DNA of 62,703 bases, counting the filler. It is 6 parts of 6 records of this genome, joined end to end, with 100 filler letters (N's around TTAATTAATTAA, not from the genome) between each part and the next. Parts side by side here need not be neighbours in the genome. Positions count along the whole stretch, not along the records: positions 1 to 5,990 come from SRR20825019_192; positions 6,091 to 13,795 come from SRR20825019_194; 4 more parts are not named here. One strand, 5' to 3'. Made by a program: the position numbers and the translations under genes. Of this stretch, positions 1 to 9,327 are shown piece after piece; position 1 is the stretch's first letter; each line of letters starts with the position of its first letter. The notes beneath the pieces are model-generated. The model was not told where the DNA came from and did no database searches. It was given only the letters and a program-made list of their open reading frames with translations.

Positions 1-3000
1 TCGAATTTCTCGAGCTGCATGGCTTCCCACTTGCTTCGATCATCAAGGTACTTACGGACATTTGCAACCATAGGTGGTTGCTGAGGGGGTGGTGCTGATG
101 ATGATGACGATCTAGGTGCTGAGGGCTTGTTACCGATGGAACCACGCTTCTTGGATGCGGCACTTCCGTCCAATGACATAAGTGATCGCCTTCCAGTCGA
201 GGCCGTCCTCCGTATCCATCCTCCCAGTACATCTCTACTGGACACTGTAGGTGTAACAATGCTAGCAGCATTACCCTTTCCATTACTACCACCAACAGAT
301 GCGGCGGCCAAAATGGATTTGAAGTTGGAGGGGGAGGGTCCGCGGTACTCCTTGTAATTCTGAGCAAGGGCCGGCACCATGTCGGTAATCTGGCACATGA
401 TGTCCTCGAAGGAGATGGCCTCGGTTGTGATAGACATCATCGACATGCGGGTACTCTGGTAGAAACTCTCCAACTCAAACCCAGAGATTAATCCATCGCC
501 ATCGAGATCTAAGATATTGAACCAGTATCGAATGGAGCGAGGGGATGCCTTATCCTCCTCGGCGAGGCAGAACCACACGAAGTCCTCGTACGTCATAGGC
601 ACCTCCTGAGCTCCGTTTCCTACTCCGCCGCCACCCCTACCTCCACGGCCAGTAAGACCGCCACGACCTCCAACCCCACGGCTGCCGACGGCACTGCCAC
701 CCCTCCCACCGCGGGCACCTGATGCCTTTGAGGAGGCAGCCTGTTGTTGGTGGGTAAGGGCTCCAGCGAGCTTGCGCCCCTTGCCGCTAAATACTCGATC
801 GATAACGAGGGGATTCGCTGCGCCCTCGGGGAAGTACCGAGCCAGATCGGCCCGAGTGAGCTTCATCTCCTGATTTTTATCCAACTCCCAGAAGCGGCAA
901 TACACAACGTAGAAGTGCTCGTAGCTGAAGAAGTTAAGGACAGTGTTGATGTCGTCGGTGTGGTCTACTTGCCGGATAGCATCTGGTAGCTTTGAAACCT
1001 CAAATTCCTTCCAAGAAATACGTTTCGTATCGCGAACATCGAGTGAGTAGAATATACGCACCGCAATGGTCTCTAAGTACTTTTGCTGGAAGTCTACGGT
1101 TTGATGCAGGAATGCTAGGCCGGGGTGGTGATCTAGTAGTGACTGGAAATAAACAAGGAAGTCCTCCTTGACCAAGTAGTTCCGTGTCACGGTACCACCC
1201 ATACTGTTGTTGGTATTGTTGTTGGATGACTCGTCAGTAGAAGAGGTAGTTGTAGGAGCTGGATTTGGGATGAGGTGTGATACGGAGCTGCATGCAATAA
1301 GGGTATCAAACATTCGTCTTAGGATGTCCTTTCCACTTAGCCACGTCTCAAAGAACTCCTTCACGGATGAAGCTGTGATGGTGCCGACCGGTATACCTTC
1401 CTTTACAGGCACCTGAGAAGGGGATACACCGCCGCCTTGTTGTTGTTGTTGTTGTTGGGGAGTTGATGGGGTGCCGCTGTTGGTGTTGTTATTGGAAGAA
1501 GTAGAGATGAGGAGCTTCATGACTGGGACAGCAAAGTATTTTGGGAGTCCGAGATAGTCGGTGCATGCCTTACACATAGTTGCATAGAGCGCCTGTCGGT
1601 ACGCAGCCTCCGCCTTTAGATAATTCTGCTGCTCAGTAGCCCTTAGATTGGCGGCTGTTCCAGGGCGTGTACCTCCCAGGCGCGATACCCCACCAGCACC
1701 AGCTCCACCACCCGCACGGCTTCCCAGCCTGCTCCCCTGGGCACTTGGCGCCCGAATTGACGATGAAGAGAGAGCTCCGGCTGGGGCAGGAGGAGGAGGG
1801 GTTGGTACTGCAGGGACAGCTGCGAATAATTTAGTAAGCGCGGGGCCGAGTTGGTCGCCGTCAACGTACCCCTTTAGGATGGCGAGGGGGGCTAGCTTGT
1901 AGCCAGGGATGGGGGTACCGTCCTCAGTAAACAACTGCACATCCTCCACTATATCACTACCCGTACCACCCCCACCGCCTGTAACAGTACCTCCAGGCGA
2001 AGTGCTTCCTCCACCAGCCTTCTTCCGTTGTTGACGAGTTGGGGACAGTTGAGCGTTACTGAGGCCTTCGTGGCCAGGGAGTTGATCCGCCTGGAGCTGT
2101 TGGCCCATTGGCAGGGCTAGTCCAGCAAACGGCCGTAGATGTGGATCCTCATGACCACCAAATGTCGCGCCCCTCAACACCAACAGCGTAGGAGCTGCTG
2201 CAGCGGTCTTAGAGGCAACGGATGATGATGAGGCCGTCCGAATGCTAGAGGCGGATGCCCCAACGCCGTTCTTATTGACAGGCTTACCCCTGGGGAAGTA
2301 GAAGGGAGGTATGTCCTTCGTGGTGGCCTGCTTGACCACTGGCATCTCCACAGCCTTGTTAGAAACAACGACTGATGGTGCGGGTGCCATCGTTCCAATA
2401 ATTGGCTTCAGTTTTCCTGACGACTTCTTTTTTGATGGTTTGTTGTTTTTAGAGGCGCCTGATTGGGATTTTGTGAGTGGGTCGTCGTCCGCGGTTGCTA
2501 CTGAGGATACATCACTTTCATCATCGTTAGCTTTCGAATTATCATCCAACTTAAAGGACGCATCCAGCTTCGATGCAACTGCCTTTTTGTTGTTGAGAAG
2601 ATTATTGTTGTTGTTTTTGTGAGGTGTGTCGTCGTCGTCGAGTTTGAAGCTCTCGGAGGGGTCTAGTTCCTTTCCCGTGGAGGTACCACCGCTGCTTCCT
2701 ACAACACCAACTGTAGCCTTAGTACTGCTAGTAGGCTTGATGAGGTTAAGGTTGTTGCTATGGTGGAGGTGCTCGGGAGGAGGTGCCTCTCTTCTTGGTG
2801 AGATGCGGCCCTTTGCGTGAAGGGCATCCATCTCATCGACCTGCAGATGAGGTCGGGGGGACAGCGAGGCAGAGCCGTTGAGAGAGCCAGGTGCGAACTC
2901 ACCACTCTTAAGGTGATGTGGGGATCGACGGAAGCTGTGATTAGGACCCACCGGTAAAGGGCTTCCCTTTCGGGCGGCCTCAGATGGGGTGTGAGGAGAC

Positions 3001-4904
3001 AGTGGTACCTCTGGTCCCCCAGTCCTACGCCTCGCTGGCGATTCCCGGGGTCCACTCTCGAGCCCCTCTGCTGAGGTGGTACTCATAAGAGGAAGACCAC
3101 CAGAGAGATCTACCCCGACAGCTACAGCATCTCCTCCTCCCTTCTGGGGTGATGATGATGATACAGTTGGCTTGATTGGGGGAACGAAGGGAGATGATGG
3201 CTCCTCACCTTTTCCACCACCACCACCAAGGGACATAAGTCCTCCGCTCGCTCTAAGGGCTGGCTTATCTTCATGAATGGAGGGCGAGAGGGGACTTCCC
3301 ACAGGACTGACTGCTCCCTTGTCAACCGCAAGGGATGGGGTCGGGAGGCGTGTATTGTTAACAAGAGAGTCAGCTGCGGGGGAGGATGAGGATGCACGCT
3401 CCTCAGCGGCCGTCGCATCGGTTCTCACCATCCCACCATCATCATCATTGTCGTTATTACTAGCTGGTGTTGGGGCCCATAATTTTGAAAGTGGTGGCTC
3501 TGGGGTGACGTGCAGGGCTGCTGTTTTAGAAGAAGTGGTGTTGGCAGTCTTGTTCATTTTGGCCCGTTGGTCTGAGACCAATGCTGCAAGATCGCGCTGT
3601 GTCTCAGGGGCCACCATCCAAAGGTGGAAGAGCTCTACAGATCGAAGCCGGGATTGTAATTCATACACAGCCGATTTGACGCTACTTGGGGATGCTCGTG
3701 ATCCTCCTCCTCCCTGGGAGTTCTCCCTCTCCCCCCTTGGGGTGGTATGCCCACTTTGGCTACCAGTCAACGTCACCACCGAGTTGGCAGTATTGTTGAG
3801 CTGATCCTCCTCCCCATGAGCATCGTGATGTGACTCGGGAACACTTGTCATCCCCCTCGCCCATTGTGATTCAGCAACTGCTGATGCCTCAACAAGAGCG
3901 GGTATAGCAGTGGGTAGTAGTAGTGATGATGTTGCTCCGTCCTTTCCCCCGGCAACAGCAGAGGGGGAAAGCGTCCTCGACCCACCAGCCCGGAAACCCC
4001 TCCCCGCGGCGGAAGCAGTAGACGATGCTGATGTGTTGTTCGAGGTCGCGCCACCACCACCATCCGCTGGCATGGCGCTTCCCACTGATAGGAGCATCTG
4101 CTGTAGACGGGTGTGTTGATCACGACTCATTCCCGAGGGGTTGATGATGTTTACCGAACGTATCTGGGGGTTAGAAGGAAGAAGGGACGATGTAGCTGCG
4201 AACGCAGAGGTGGATGATCCTCCTCCTCCTGCAGATGCCAGAGAGGCCCCCTTGTGCGTGGCAGTTGAGGTGGCAGAAGGGTGGAAGCCGTACCGATTGT
4301 TATTGGCAGTGGTAGAAGCGGATGTGGCCGATGAAGGTTGGTGATTGTTGGCTGAGGTAGATGATGTGTTCAAGCCACCGCTGTTTGTACGAAGGACGTT
4401 AATGGCGCTTCCAGAAGGGTGGTATGTACCGCTGGTGTCAGGGGTACTGTTGTTGGTGGAAGGTGCGGATGTGGCACTACCACCACCGACACGATACTGT
4501 TGTACATGGCTGTTACTGCCTCCACCTCCCCCTGCCGATACATTCGTTGTGGTTTTGATGTTATTGCCTGCTCCTCCTCCCCCTGATGTTGATGTGGTGT
4601 TTGAGGGAGGTGCTGGTTGATGTGCGTTGGTACCAGCTGATGATGAGGAGGGTTGGTGGTTGTGGTGGTGTGAGGATGGCGTAGTACTACTACTATACTT
4701 GCTACCGGAGGCAAGAAGTCCACCACCACCCCCAGCTCCTCCACCGCCCGACGAGGTTGTAGTATTTGCATTTGTAGTAGTGGTACCATCCCGTCCTGCG
4801 GCGGATGTCGGCCTCGAGCCGCCACCACCTGTGTTATTTCCTGAGGCATTGCTGCTGCTGAGCCCCCAGCTAAATGGACGATATTGGGTCCGACCTGAGA
4901 ACAT
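1..4904 (-). CDS. PP2A regulatory subunit B'' (PR72/PR130-type, EF-hand), 3' end beyond the window, ~1630 aa visible
   Basis: ATG at 4904. The minus frame carries ELFHLWMVAPETQ, LLDHHPGLAFL..FQQKYLETIAVRIFY, FFSYEHFYVVYCRFWELD, MTYEDFVWFCLAEEDKASPRSIRYWFNILDLDGDGLIS and ISFEDIMCQITDMV. Three separate anchor points fall in the same frame, and the ORF track lists no stop-terminated ORF in that frame, consistent with one open intronless ORF. Confidence 0.9.
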   Translation of the reverse strand, partial: MFSGRTQYRPFSWGLSSSNASGNNTGGGGSRPTSAAGRDGTTTTNANTTTSSGGGGAGGGGGLLASGSKYSSSTTPSSHHHNHQPSSSSAGTNAHQPAPPSNTTSTSGGGGAGNNIKTTTNVSAGGGGGSNSHVQQYRVGGGSATSAPSTNNSTPDTSGTYHPSGSAINVLRTNSGGLNTSSTSANNHQPSSATSASTTANNNRYGFHPSATSTATHKGASLASAGGGGSSTSAFAATSSLLPSNPQIRSVNIINPSGMSRDQHTRLQQMLLSVGSAMPADGGGGATSNNTSASSTASAAGRGFRAGGSRTLSPSAVAGGKDGATSSLLLPTAIPALVEASAVAESQWARGMTSVPESHHDAHGEEDQLNNTANSVVTLTGSQSGHTTPRGERENSQGGGGSRASPSSVKSAVYELQSRLRSVELFHLWMVAPETQRDLAALVSDQRAKMNKTANTTSSKTAALHVTPEPPLSKLWAPTPASNNDNDDDGGMVRTDATAAEERASSSSPAADSLVNNTRLPTPSLAVDKGAVSPVGSPLSPSIHEDKPALRASGGLMSLGGGGGKGEEPSSPFVPPIKPTVSSSSPQKGGGDAVAVGVDLSGGLPLMSTTSAEGLESGPRESPARRRTGGPEVPLSPHTPSEAARKGSPLPVGPNHSFRRSPHHLKSGEFAPGSLNGSASLSPRPHLQVDEMDALHAKGRISPRREAPPPEHLHHSNNLNLIKPTSSTKATVGVVGSSGGTSTGKELDPSESFKLDDDDTPHKNNNNNLLNNKKAVASKLDASFKLDDNSKANDDESDVSSVATADDDPLTKSQSGASKNNKPSKKKSSGKLKPIIGTMAPAPSVVVSNKAVEMPVVKQATTKDIPPFYFPRGKPVNKNGVGASASSIRTASSSSVASKTAAAAPTLLVLRGATFGGHEDPHLRPFAGLALPMGQQLQADQLPGHEGLSNAQLSPTRQQRKKAGGGSTSPGGTVTGGGGGTGSDIVEDVQLFTEDGTPIPGYKLAPLAILKGYVDGDQLGPALTKLFAAVPAVPTPPPPAPAGALSSSSIRAPSAQGSRLGSRAGGGAGAGGVSRLGGTRPGTAANLRATEQQNYLKAEAAYRQALYATMCKACTDYLGLPKYFAVPVMKLLISTSSNNNTNSGTPSTPQQQQQQQGGGVSPSQVPVKEGIPVGTITASSVKEFFETWLSGKDILRRMFDTLIACSSVSHLIPNPAPTTTSSTDESSNNNTNNSMGGTVTRNYLVKEDFLVYFQSLLDHHPGLAFLHQTVDFQQKYLETIAVRIFYSLDVRDTKRISWKEFEVSKLPDAIRQVDHTDDINTVLNFFSYEHFYVVYCRFWELDKNQEMKLTRADLARYFPEGAANPLVIDRVFSGKGRKLAGALTHQQQAASSKASGARGGRGGSAVGSRGVGGRGGLTGRGGRGGGGVGNGAQEVPMTYEDFVWFCLAEEDKASPRSIRYWFNILDLDGDGLISGFELESFYQSTRMSMMSITTEAISFEDIMCQITDMVPALAQNYKEYRGPSPSNFKSILAAASVGGSNGKGNAASIVTPTVSSRDVLGGWIRRTASTGRRSLMSLDGSAASKKRGSIGNKPSAPRSSSSSAPPPQQPPMVANVRKYLDDRSKWEAMQLEKF

Positions 4905-5146
4905 CTTTTAACTTTTCTTGCTGGTTGTAGATTTTCTCTTTTTTTCTTCCCCTGAATCTAAAAAAAAACAACGATATCTACTGCTGTTTCTTCTTTTTTC
5001 AATAAATAATGGTGTATGTGCCTTCTCTCTTGTTATTTCAATAAACCGGTGAAACTTTGGAGAGAGATATGTGGGTTCGAACTAACAAAGTCTCGGAGAG
5101 AAGGTGGCCGAGCAAGTATGTTTGTTTTAAAAATAATCTACGTTCT

Positions 5147-5180
5147 CTAGAAAAAATATAATTTTAAGAAGAGGAGGATA
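5147..5180 (-). promoter_or_regulatory. Candidate pyrimidine tract plus AG splice (possibly trans-splice) acceptor upstream of the B'' gene
   Basis: Minus strand reads ..tcctcctcttcttaaaattatattttttctAG, about 240 nt upstream of the ATG. Function is inferred only. Confidence 0.25.
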
Positions 5181-5990
5181 TAATTTAAATGTTTCCAAAT
5201 AGGGCACTTGCTTCACAACAACATACACAGCCAAAAACTGTTTTCACTCGCACATTTTAATAATTTTTTGAGTTTCATCTTGCAAATTTTGTGCAAGAGT
5301 GCACAAGCGATACATATCGACCACATACACAAGGTACGCAAGTGTATTGGTTTCAATTTTTCATCGTCTTCATCTATTCCCCTTTTATTTTCTCAAACAT
5401 TAAATATCAGCGAGCAAAGCAAATGGTGATAGTAATGGACAATGAGGCAGCCTTTCAAGAAGGTAGTAGGTAGGTAGGGAGGGAATGACGAGGATTGATG
5501 GTGGTGATAATTGCAACAAAATGTACTACTAACGCAACAAACAACAACATCCGAGAGAAATGAGAGGTGGTGTGACCAATAAAGACCAACCACGTTATTT
5601 CCTACTCAACATGTTTGCTTTCTTTTTCTTATTGACAAATTTTTTTCGGGTTCGTTTCATCAATTTTGATCGAATTCTAGAAATTCAATGTGAGTTGGGT
5701 CTCTCTCTCTCTCACTTGGACTGTTGGTTGTTTGAAGGAGAGGGATGGGGGATATATGATGGTGCTGGTACTGTAGGTGGTGGTGGTGGGGCTAGTGGAA
5801 TGGTTTGGTGGGGATCATACATACAGCTCTGGCTTGCCAATATATTCTGGTTGAACGTGTGGGTGTTACTGGATGGGTCACAGCTCTCTCAACTGTTTTA
5901 CTACTTGGTTAACTGTTGTATGTACTCCATCATCACGCTCACTGACACGGCAAGAGATAGTCCATACACCGACCCAATAAGAGGTCGTAT

Positions 5991-6090
5991 NNNNNNNNNN
6001 NNNNNNNNNNNNNNNNNNNNNNNNNNNNNNNNNNTTAATTAATTAANNNNNNNNNNNNNNNNNNNNNNNNNNNNNNNNNNNNNNNNNNNN
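5991..6090. other. Synthetic contig spacer
   Basis: 44 N + TTAATTAATTAA (stops in all six frames) + 44 N; composition changes abruptly across it. Confidence 0.99.
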
Positions 6091-6493
6091 CCCCCGGCGC
6101 GAGTTCATGCCCGATGGCGTCAAAGGCCGCGGCCATCTCGTCGCCCGTCACCACATGGCCGTCCGCGAAATGGCGAAAGTCCAGCTTCACCCCACGCCCG
6201 TAGCACCACTCAAGCGGCACCTCGTCGATGGTGATCGCGCGTTTGCCGCCGTCCATTGTCGAATGATAATGATAGGGCGCGTCCAGATGGGTGCCATTGT
6301 GTGTCGACAGGGTGACCTGCTCGACAGCCCAGCCTTCGCCGCCGGGCAACTGGTCGCGCGTCACGCCGGGAAAGAACTGCAACATCTGATCCGCCGTCTG
6401 GTCGTGACCCATGTAGTCGATTCTGGGGCCCAGACCCGGCGGATCGGCGTATTGCGTGTTTTCCAGCGGGTTCGACAGATCGACGATCTTCAT
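6091..6493 (-). CDS. Cyclase family metal-dependent hydrolase (kynurenine formamidase-like), 3' truncated
   Basis: IVDLS N-terminus and HNGTHLDAPYH (HxGTHxDxPxH) motif; AGGAG ribosome binding site. Confidence 0.9.
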
Positions 6494-6564
6494 GGGCGGT
6501 CTCCTCTTGGCGTTGCTCCCGACGGTACTGTGCGTCGAACAGGCCGTGGGAGCAATCGCGCGAG

Positions 6565-7470
6565 TCAGCGCCCCTTGATACGGATCGAAAAGCTGCGTTG
6601 CGCACCTTTGGGGGGCGGCGGAAAGGGACTGGCGCGGCGCACCAGTTCAAGGGCGGCCTGATCCAGTTGCGCCGAGCCGGAGCTGGCAGCGACCCGCGCG
6701 CCTGACAGGCCACCGTTTCCTGCGATCGTAAAGGTGATGGTCGCCGACCCGCGACTGCTGGTGCGCGGACGCGGCAGGCGGGCGATACGTGCCATCACCT
6801 GACCTGGATAGTTGCTGGCCGCGGCATTCGCAGCACTGGCCGCTGCGGCGGCCTGACGGTCGGCTGCGGCCCTGGCCTTGGCGCCGGCCTGCCCGTCAGT
6901 GGCCCCCGCGGCGGCATTGGCCTTGGCATTCCCTTTGGGCTGCGGTTTCGGTTTTGGCGCAGGTTTCGGTTGTGGTTTGGGTGCCTGCGCCTCGATGGAC
7001 CTGGGACGCAATGCGGGGCGGCGCGACACTTGCGTGGCGGGCTCTTCCGGCAAGGCGCGCTGAACCTCGGGTGTCAGTGCTGCGGTGACCTCGGACGGTC
7101 GCTCCTGGGCTTGCAAGGGTGTGGTTGGCACCGGGGCGACCGGTACGGCAACAGAGGGTTGCGTTTCGGCAGGCACGGCCTCGACCGGTTCGGCGCGCGC
7201 CATCTCGACCGGCTCGGGCGGCGTTTCCTGCGCCGTGTCGGGTTGCTGCGCCGGTGGCTCGGCCACCTCTTGCACCGTCTCAACGGCATCTGGCGTCATC
7301 ACTCCGGCGGCCATATCGGCAAAGCTGTTGCCCAACTCGGCAACAGTGGCCGGTGCCCCGCCCTCGACCTGTGGCGCCTCGTCCTTGCTGGCAAGACCCA
7401 GCATCGCGGCATGGGCAGCGACGGAACATCCCAGAAACAGGGCGGCGATTTTCCAGGAACGACGGATCAT
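6565..7470 (-). CDS. tonB: Energy transducer TonB
   Basis: N-terminal anchor with S-x3-H (SVAAHAA), Pro-rich linker with PKP repeats, TonB C-domain (SSGSAQLDQAALELVRRASPFPPPP); follows exbBD. Confidence 0.92.
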   Translation of the reverse strand: MIRRSWKIAALFLGCSVAAHAAMLGLASKDEAPQVEGGAPATVAELGNSFADMAAGVMTPDAVETVQEVAEPPAQQPDTAQETPPEPVEMARAEPVEAVPAETQPSVAVPVAPVPTTPLQAQERPSEVTAALTPEVQRALPEEPATQVSRRPALRPRSIEAQAPKPQPKPAPKPKPQPKGNAKANAAAGATDGQAGAKARAAADRQAAAAASAANAAASNYPGQVMARIARLPRPRTSSRGSATITFTIAGNGGLSGARVAASSGSAQLDQAALELVRRASPFPPPPKGAQRSFSIRIKGR

Positions 7471-7847
7471 TGCAGGGCCTTTTCCGTGACGATCACAACG
7501 CGTTCCGCACCCGCCGCACGCAAGGCCCGGGCAGTTTCGATCACCGTATGGGCGGGGGCCGCGCGGTCGGGGATCATACGCGCGGTCTGAATGGCAGCGG
7601 GCACGGCGGCGAGAAAGGCCGCGACATCCACCGGCTGACCGCGATGGGTCAACGTACCGTCCGCCCCGATCACCAACGCATCGGCTGGCGCTTCGCCCTT
7701 GAGGTCTGCGGTTTCGACCAGCTTCAACTCGGGGTCCAGCGGGGCGGCCAGGGTGCCCGCCACCATGAAGAACACCAGCATCAGAAAAACGATGTTGATC
7801 AGCGCAATCGTCGGCTCGCGTTCGGATTTATGTCGATGTGCTCTCAT
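7467..7847 (-). CDS. exbD: Biopolymer transporter ExbD (second copy; Asn in place of the TM Asp)
   Basis: IALINIVFLMLVFFMV TM motif; stop/start overlaps with neighbours. Confidence 0.9.
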   Translation of the reverse strand: MRAHRHKSEREPTIALINIVFLMLVFFMVAGTLAAPLDPELKLVETADLKGEAPADALVIGADGTLTHRGQPVDVAAFLAAVPAAIQTARMIPDRAAPAHTVIETARALRAAGAERVVIVTEKALQ

Positions 7848-8230
7848 GATGCCCCCATGACGCTCACTGCCAGATCGGGAATACCGCGCACCGCGACCAG
7901 AATGTCGGTCATCGCCTGTGCATCGACCTCGGCGTTCAGGTTCACCAACAGAACCAGCGGCTTGCCAGCCTGCAAATCGCGCAGGCGCTGGGGCAGATCA
8001 CCCACGCCCAGCGCCGTGCCGTTCAGGGTCAGCCCGTCCGGCGTGGCACGCAGGAACGCCAGCGTCTGATCGCCCGAGGCCTGCCCACCACCGGAGGCGG
8101 CCTGCACCTCGACCTCGGCGAATTTCGAAAAGGTCGAGGAGAGCATGAAGAACAGCAGCAACAGGAAAATCACGTCGATCAGGGACGTCATCGACAGCTT
8201 GCGCCGTGGTCTGACTGTCCTAAGCGGCAT
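7844..8230 (-). CDS. exbD: Biopolymer transporter ExbD
   Basis: MTSLIDVIFLLLLFFMLSSTF motif. Confidence 0.92.
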   Translation of the reverse strand: MPLRTVRPRRKLSMTSLIDVIFLLLLFFMLSSTFSKFAEVEVQAASGGGQASGDQTLAFLRATPDGLTLNGTALGVGDLPQRLRDLQAGKPLVLLVNLNAEVDAQAMTDILVAVRGIPDLAVSVMGAS

Positions 8231-8861
8231 CTCGCACCTGTTGCGTTGCGCCCTTGGACGGGGCCAGAATGGTTGTCAGCGCCTGTTCGGCAAAGACACG
8301 TTCGGAGGTCATCCGCGCCTCGAACCACGACAGGACAATCGACGTGGGCATGGCCACGGCCAGACCGACAGCCGTGGTCAGCAGTGCCACCCAGATGCCC
8401 CCCGCCAACAGCGACGGGTCCACCGACGACCCTGCGTTCTGCAAGGCCTGAAAGGCCTCGATCATGCCCAGTACAGTGCCGAACAGACCCATCAGCGGGG
8501 CCAACTGCGCGACACTGTCCAACAGCCGAAAGCCGCGCTCCAGCGCCAGAAACCGCGCCTCGGCCTCTGCGTACAGCCGGGCGGCGCGGTCGGGTGCTGC
8601 GGGGGCGGCCATGGCGCTTGCGACCACGGGGGCCAGATAGCTGCGCGAACTTTCCAGATCGCGTGCAGCCGCCTCGCGGGCGCCTGCGTCCCAATGCATC
8701 AGCGCGCGTCGGATCGCGGTGTGTTGTCCCACCCGCGCGGCGCGAAATTGCCAGAGTTTGTACAGAACGACGGCCAGCGTCAAAATCGAGACACCCACCA
8801 GAACGGCGACCACGGGGCCGCCCAGATCGTAAAGGCCCTGAAGCTGTGACAGGTCAAACAT
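8220..8861 (-). CDS. exbB: MotA/TolQ/ExbB proton channel ExbB
   Basis: APLMGLFGTVLGMI and GGIWVALLTTAVGLAVAMP motifs. Confidence 0.93.
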   Translation of the reverse strand: MFDLSQLQGLYDLGGPVVAVLVGVSILTLAVVLYKLWQFRAARVGQHTAIRRALMHWDAGAREAAARDLESSRSYLAPVVASAMAAPAAPDRAARLYAEAEARFLALERGFRLLDSVAQLAPLMGLFGTVLGMIEAFQALQNAGSSVDPSLLAGGIWVALLTTAVGLAVAMPTSIVLSWFEARMTSERVFAEQALTTILAPSKGATQQVRDAA

Positions 8862-8865
8862 GGCT

Positions 8866-9306
8866 CTATCCTTGCAGTTCGATGTTCAGACGGCTGGAGG
8901 TGGCCAGCCCCTTGGCGCAGATATCCGACGCCGCGCCATCAACCGTGCATGTCCCTGCCCCGTTGATCAGCAACGACCCGATCCGTCCGCAAGCGGTGTC
9001 GGCAATCTGGAACTGGCGTACGCGCGGCACGCCCGCAGGCAGGCTGCCAAAATCAAACAGGGTCAGCATCATCACCCCGCCCTCCGCGCCGAACAAAACG
9101 GTTTCATACACCGCGCGATCAATCGGTTCCGCGCCGGTGTTGGTGGCGACAAAGGTGATCCGGCAGGCTTCGCCCACCAGATCCGCCGCGTTCAATTCCA
9201 GTGCGACACCGCCTTCGGGCGATGTCGTCTCTTGGGCCTGTGCCGCCGTGCCAAAGAGCGCGGCAGCACAGGCAAGGCAGGTGCCTATGTGGCGAAGTGG
9301 CTGCAT
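8866..9306 (-). CDS. Uncharacterised secreted protein with four mature Cys, in the heme receptor operon
   Basis: Signal peptide ending AQA; tight spacing to the receptor and exbB; AGGAAAAGG ribosome binding site. Confidence 0.85.
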   Translation of the reverse strand: MQPLRHIGTCLACAAALFGTAAQAQETTSPEGGVALELNAADLVGEACRITFVATNTGAEPIDRAVYETVLFGAEGGVMMLTLFDFGSLPAGVPRVRQFQIADTACGRIGSLLINGAGTCTVDGAASDICAKGLATSSRLNIELQG

Positions 9307-9327
9307 GGGGTTTCCTTTTCCTAGCGC

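Noticed and set aside
1..4904. Stop-codon reassignment (Blastocrithidia-like code) as the reason the long ORF is missing from the track
   Set aside because: The segments I translated have no in-frame stops; the ORF is missing only because it has no stop inside the window.
127..4911. Many short plus-strand V/L/P-rich ORFs
   Set aside because: Antisense shadows of the low-complexity B'' gene.
5560..5990. 160-aa plus ORF, or a minus-strand gene tail ending at 5878
   Set aside because: No recognisable motif; too short and truncated to call.
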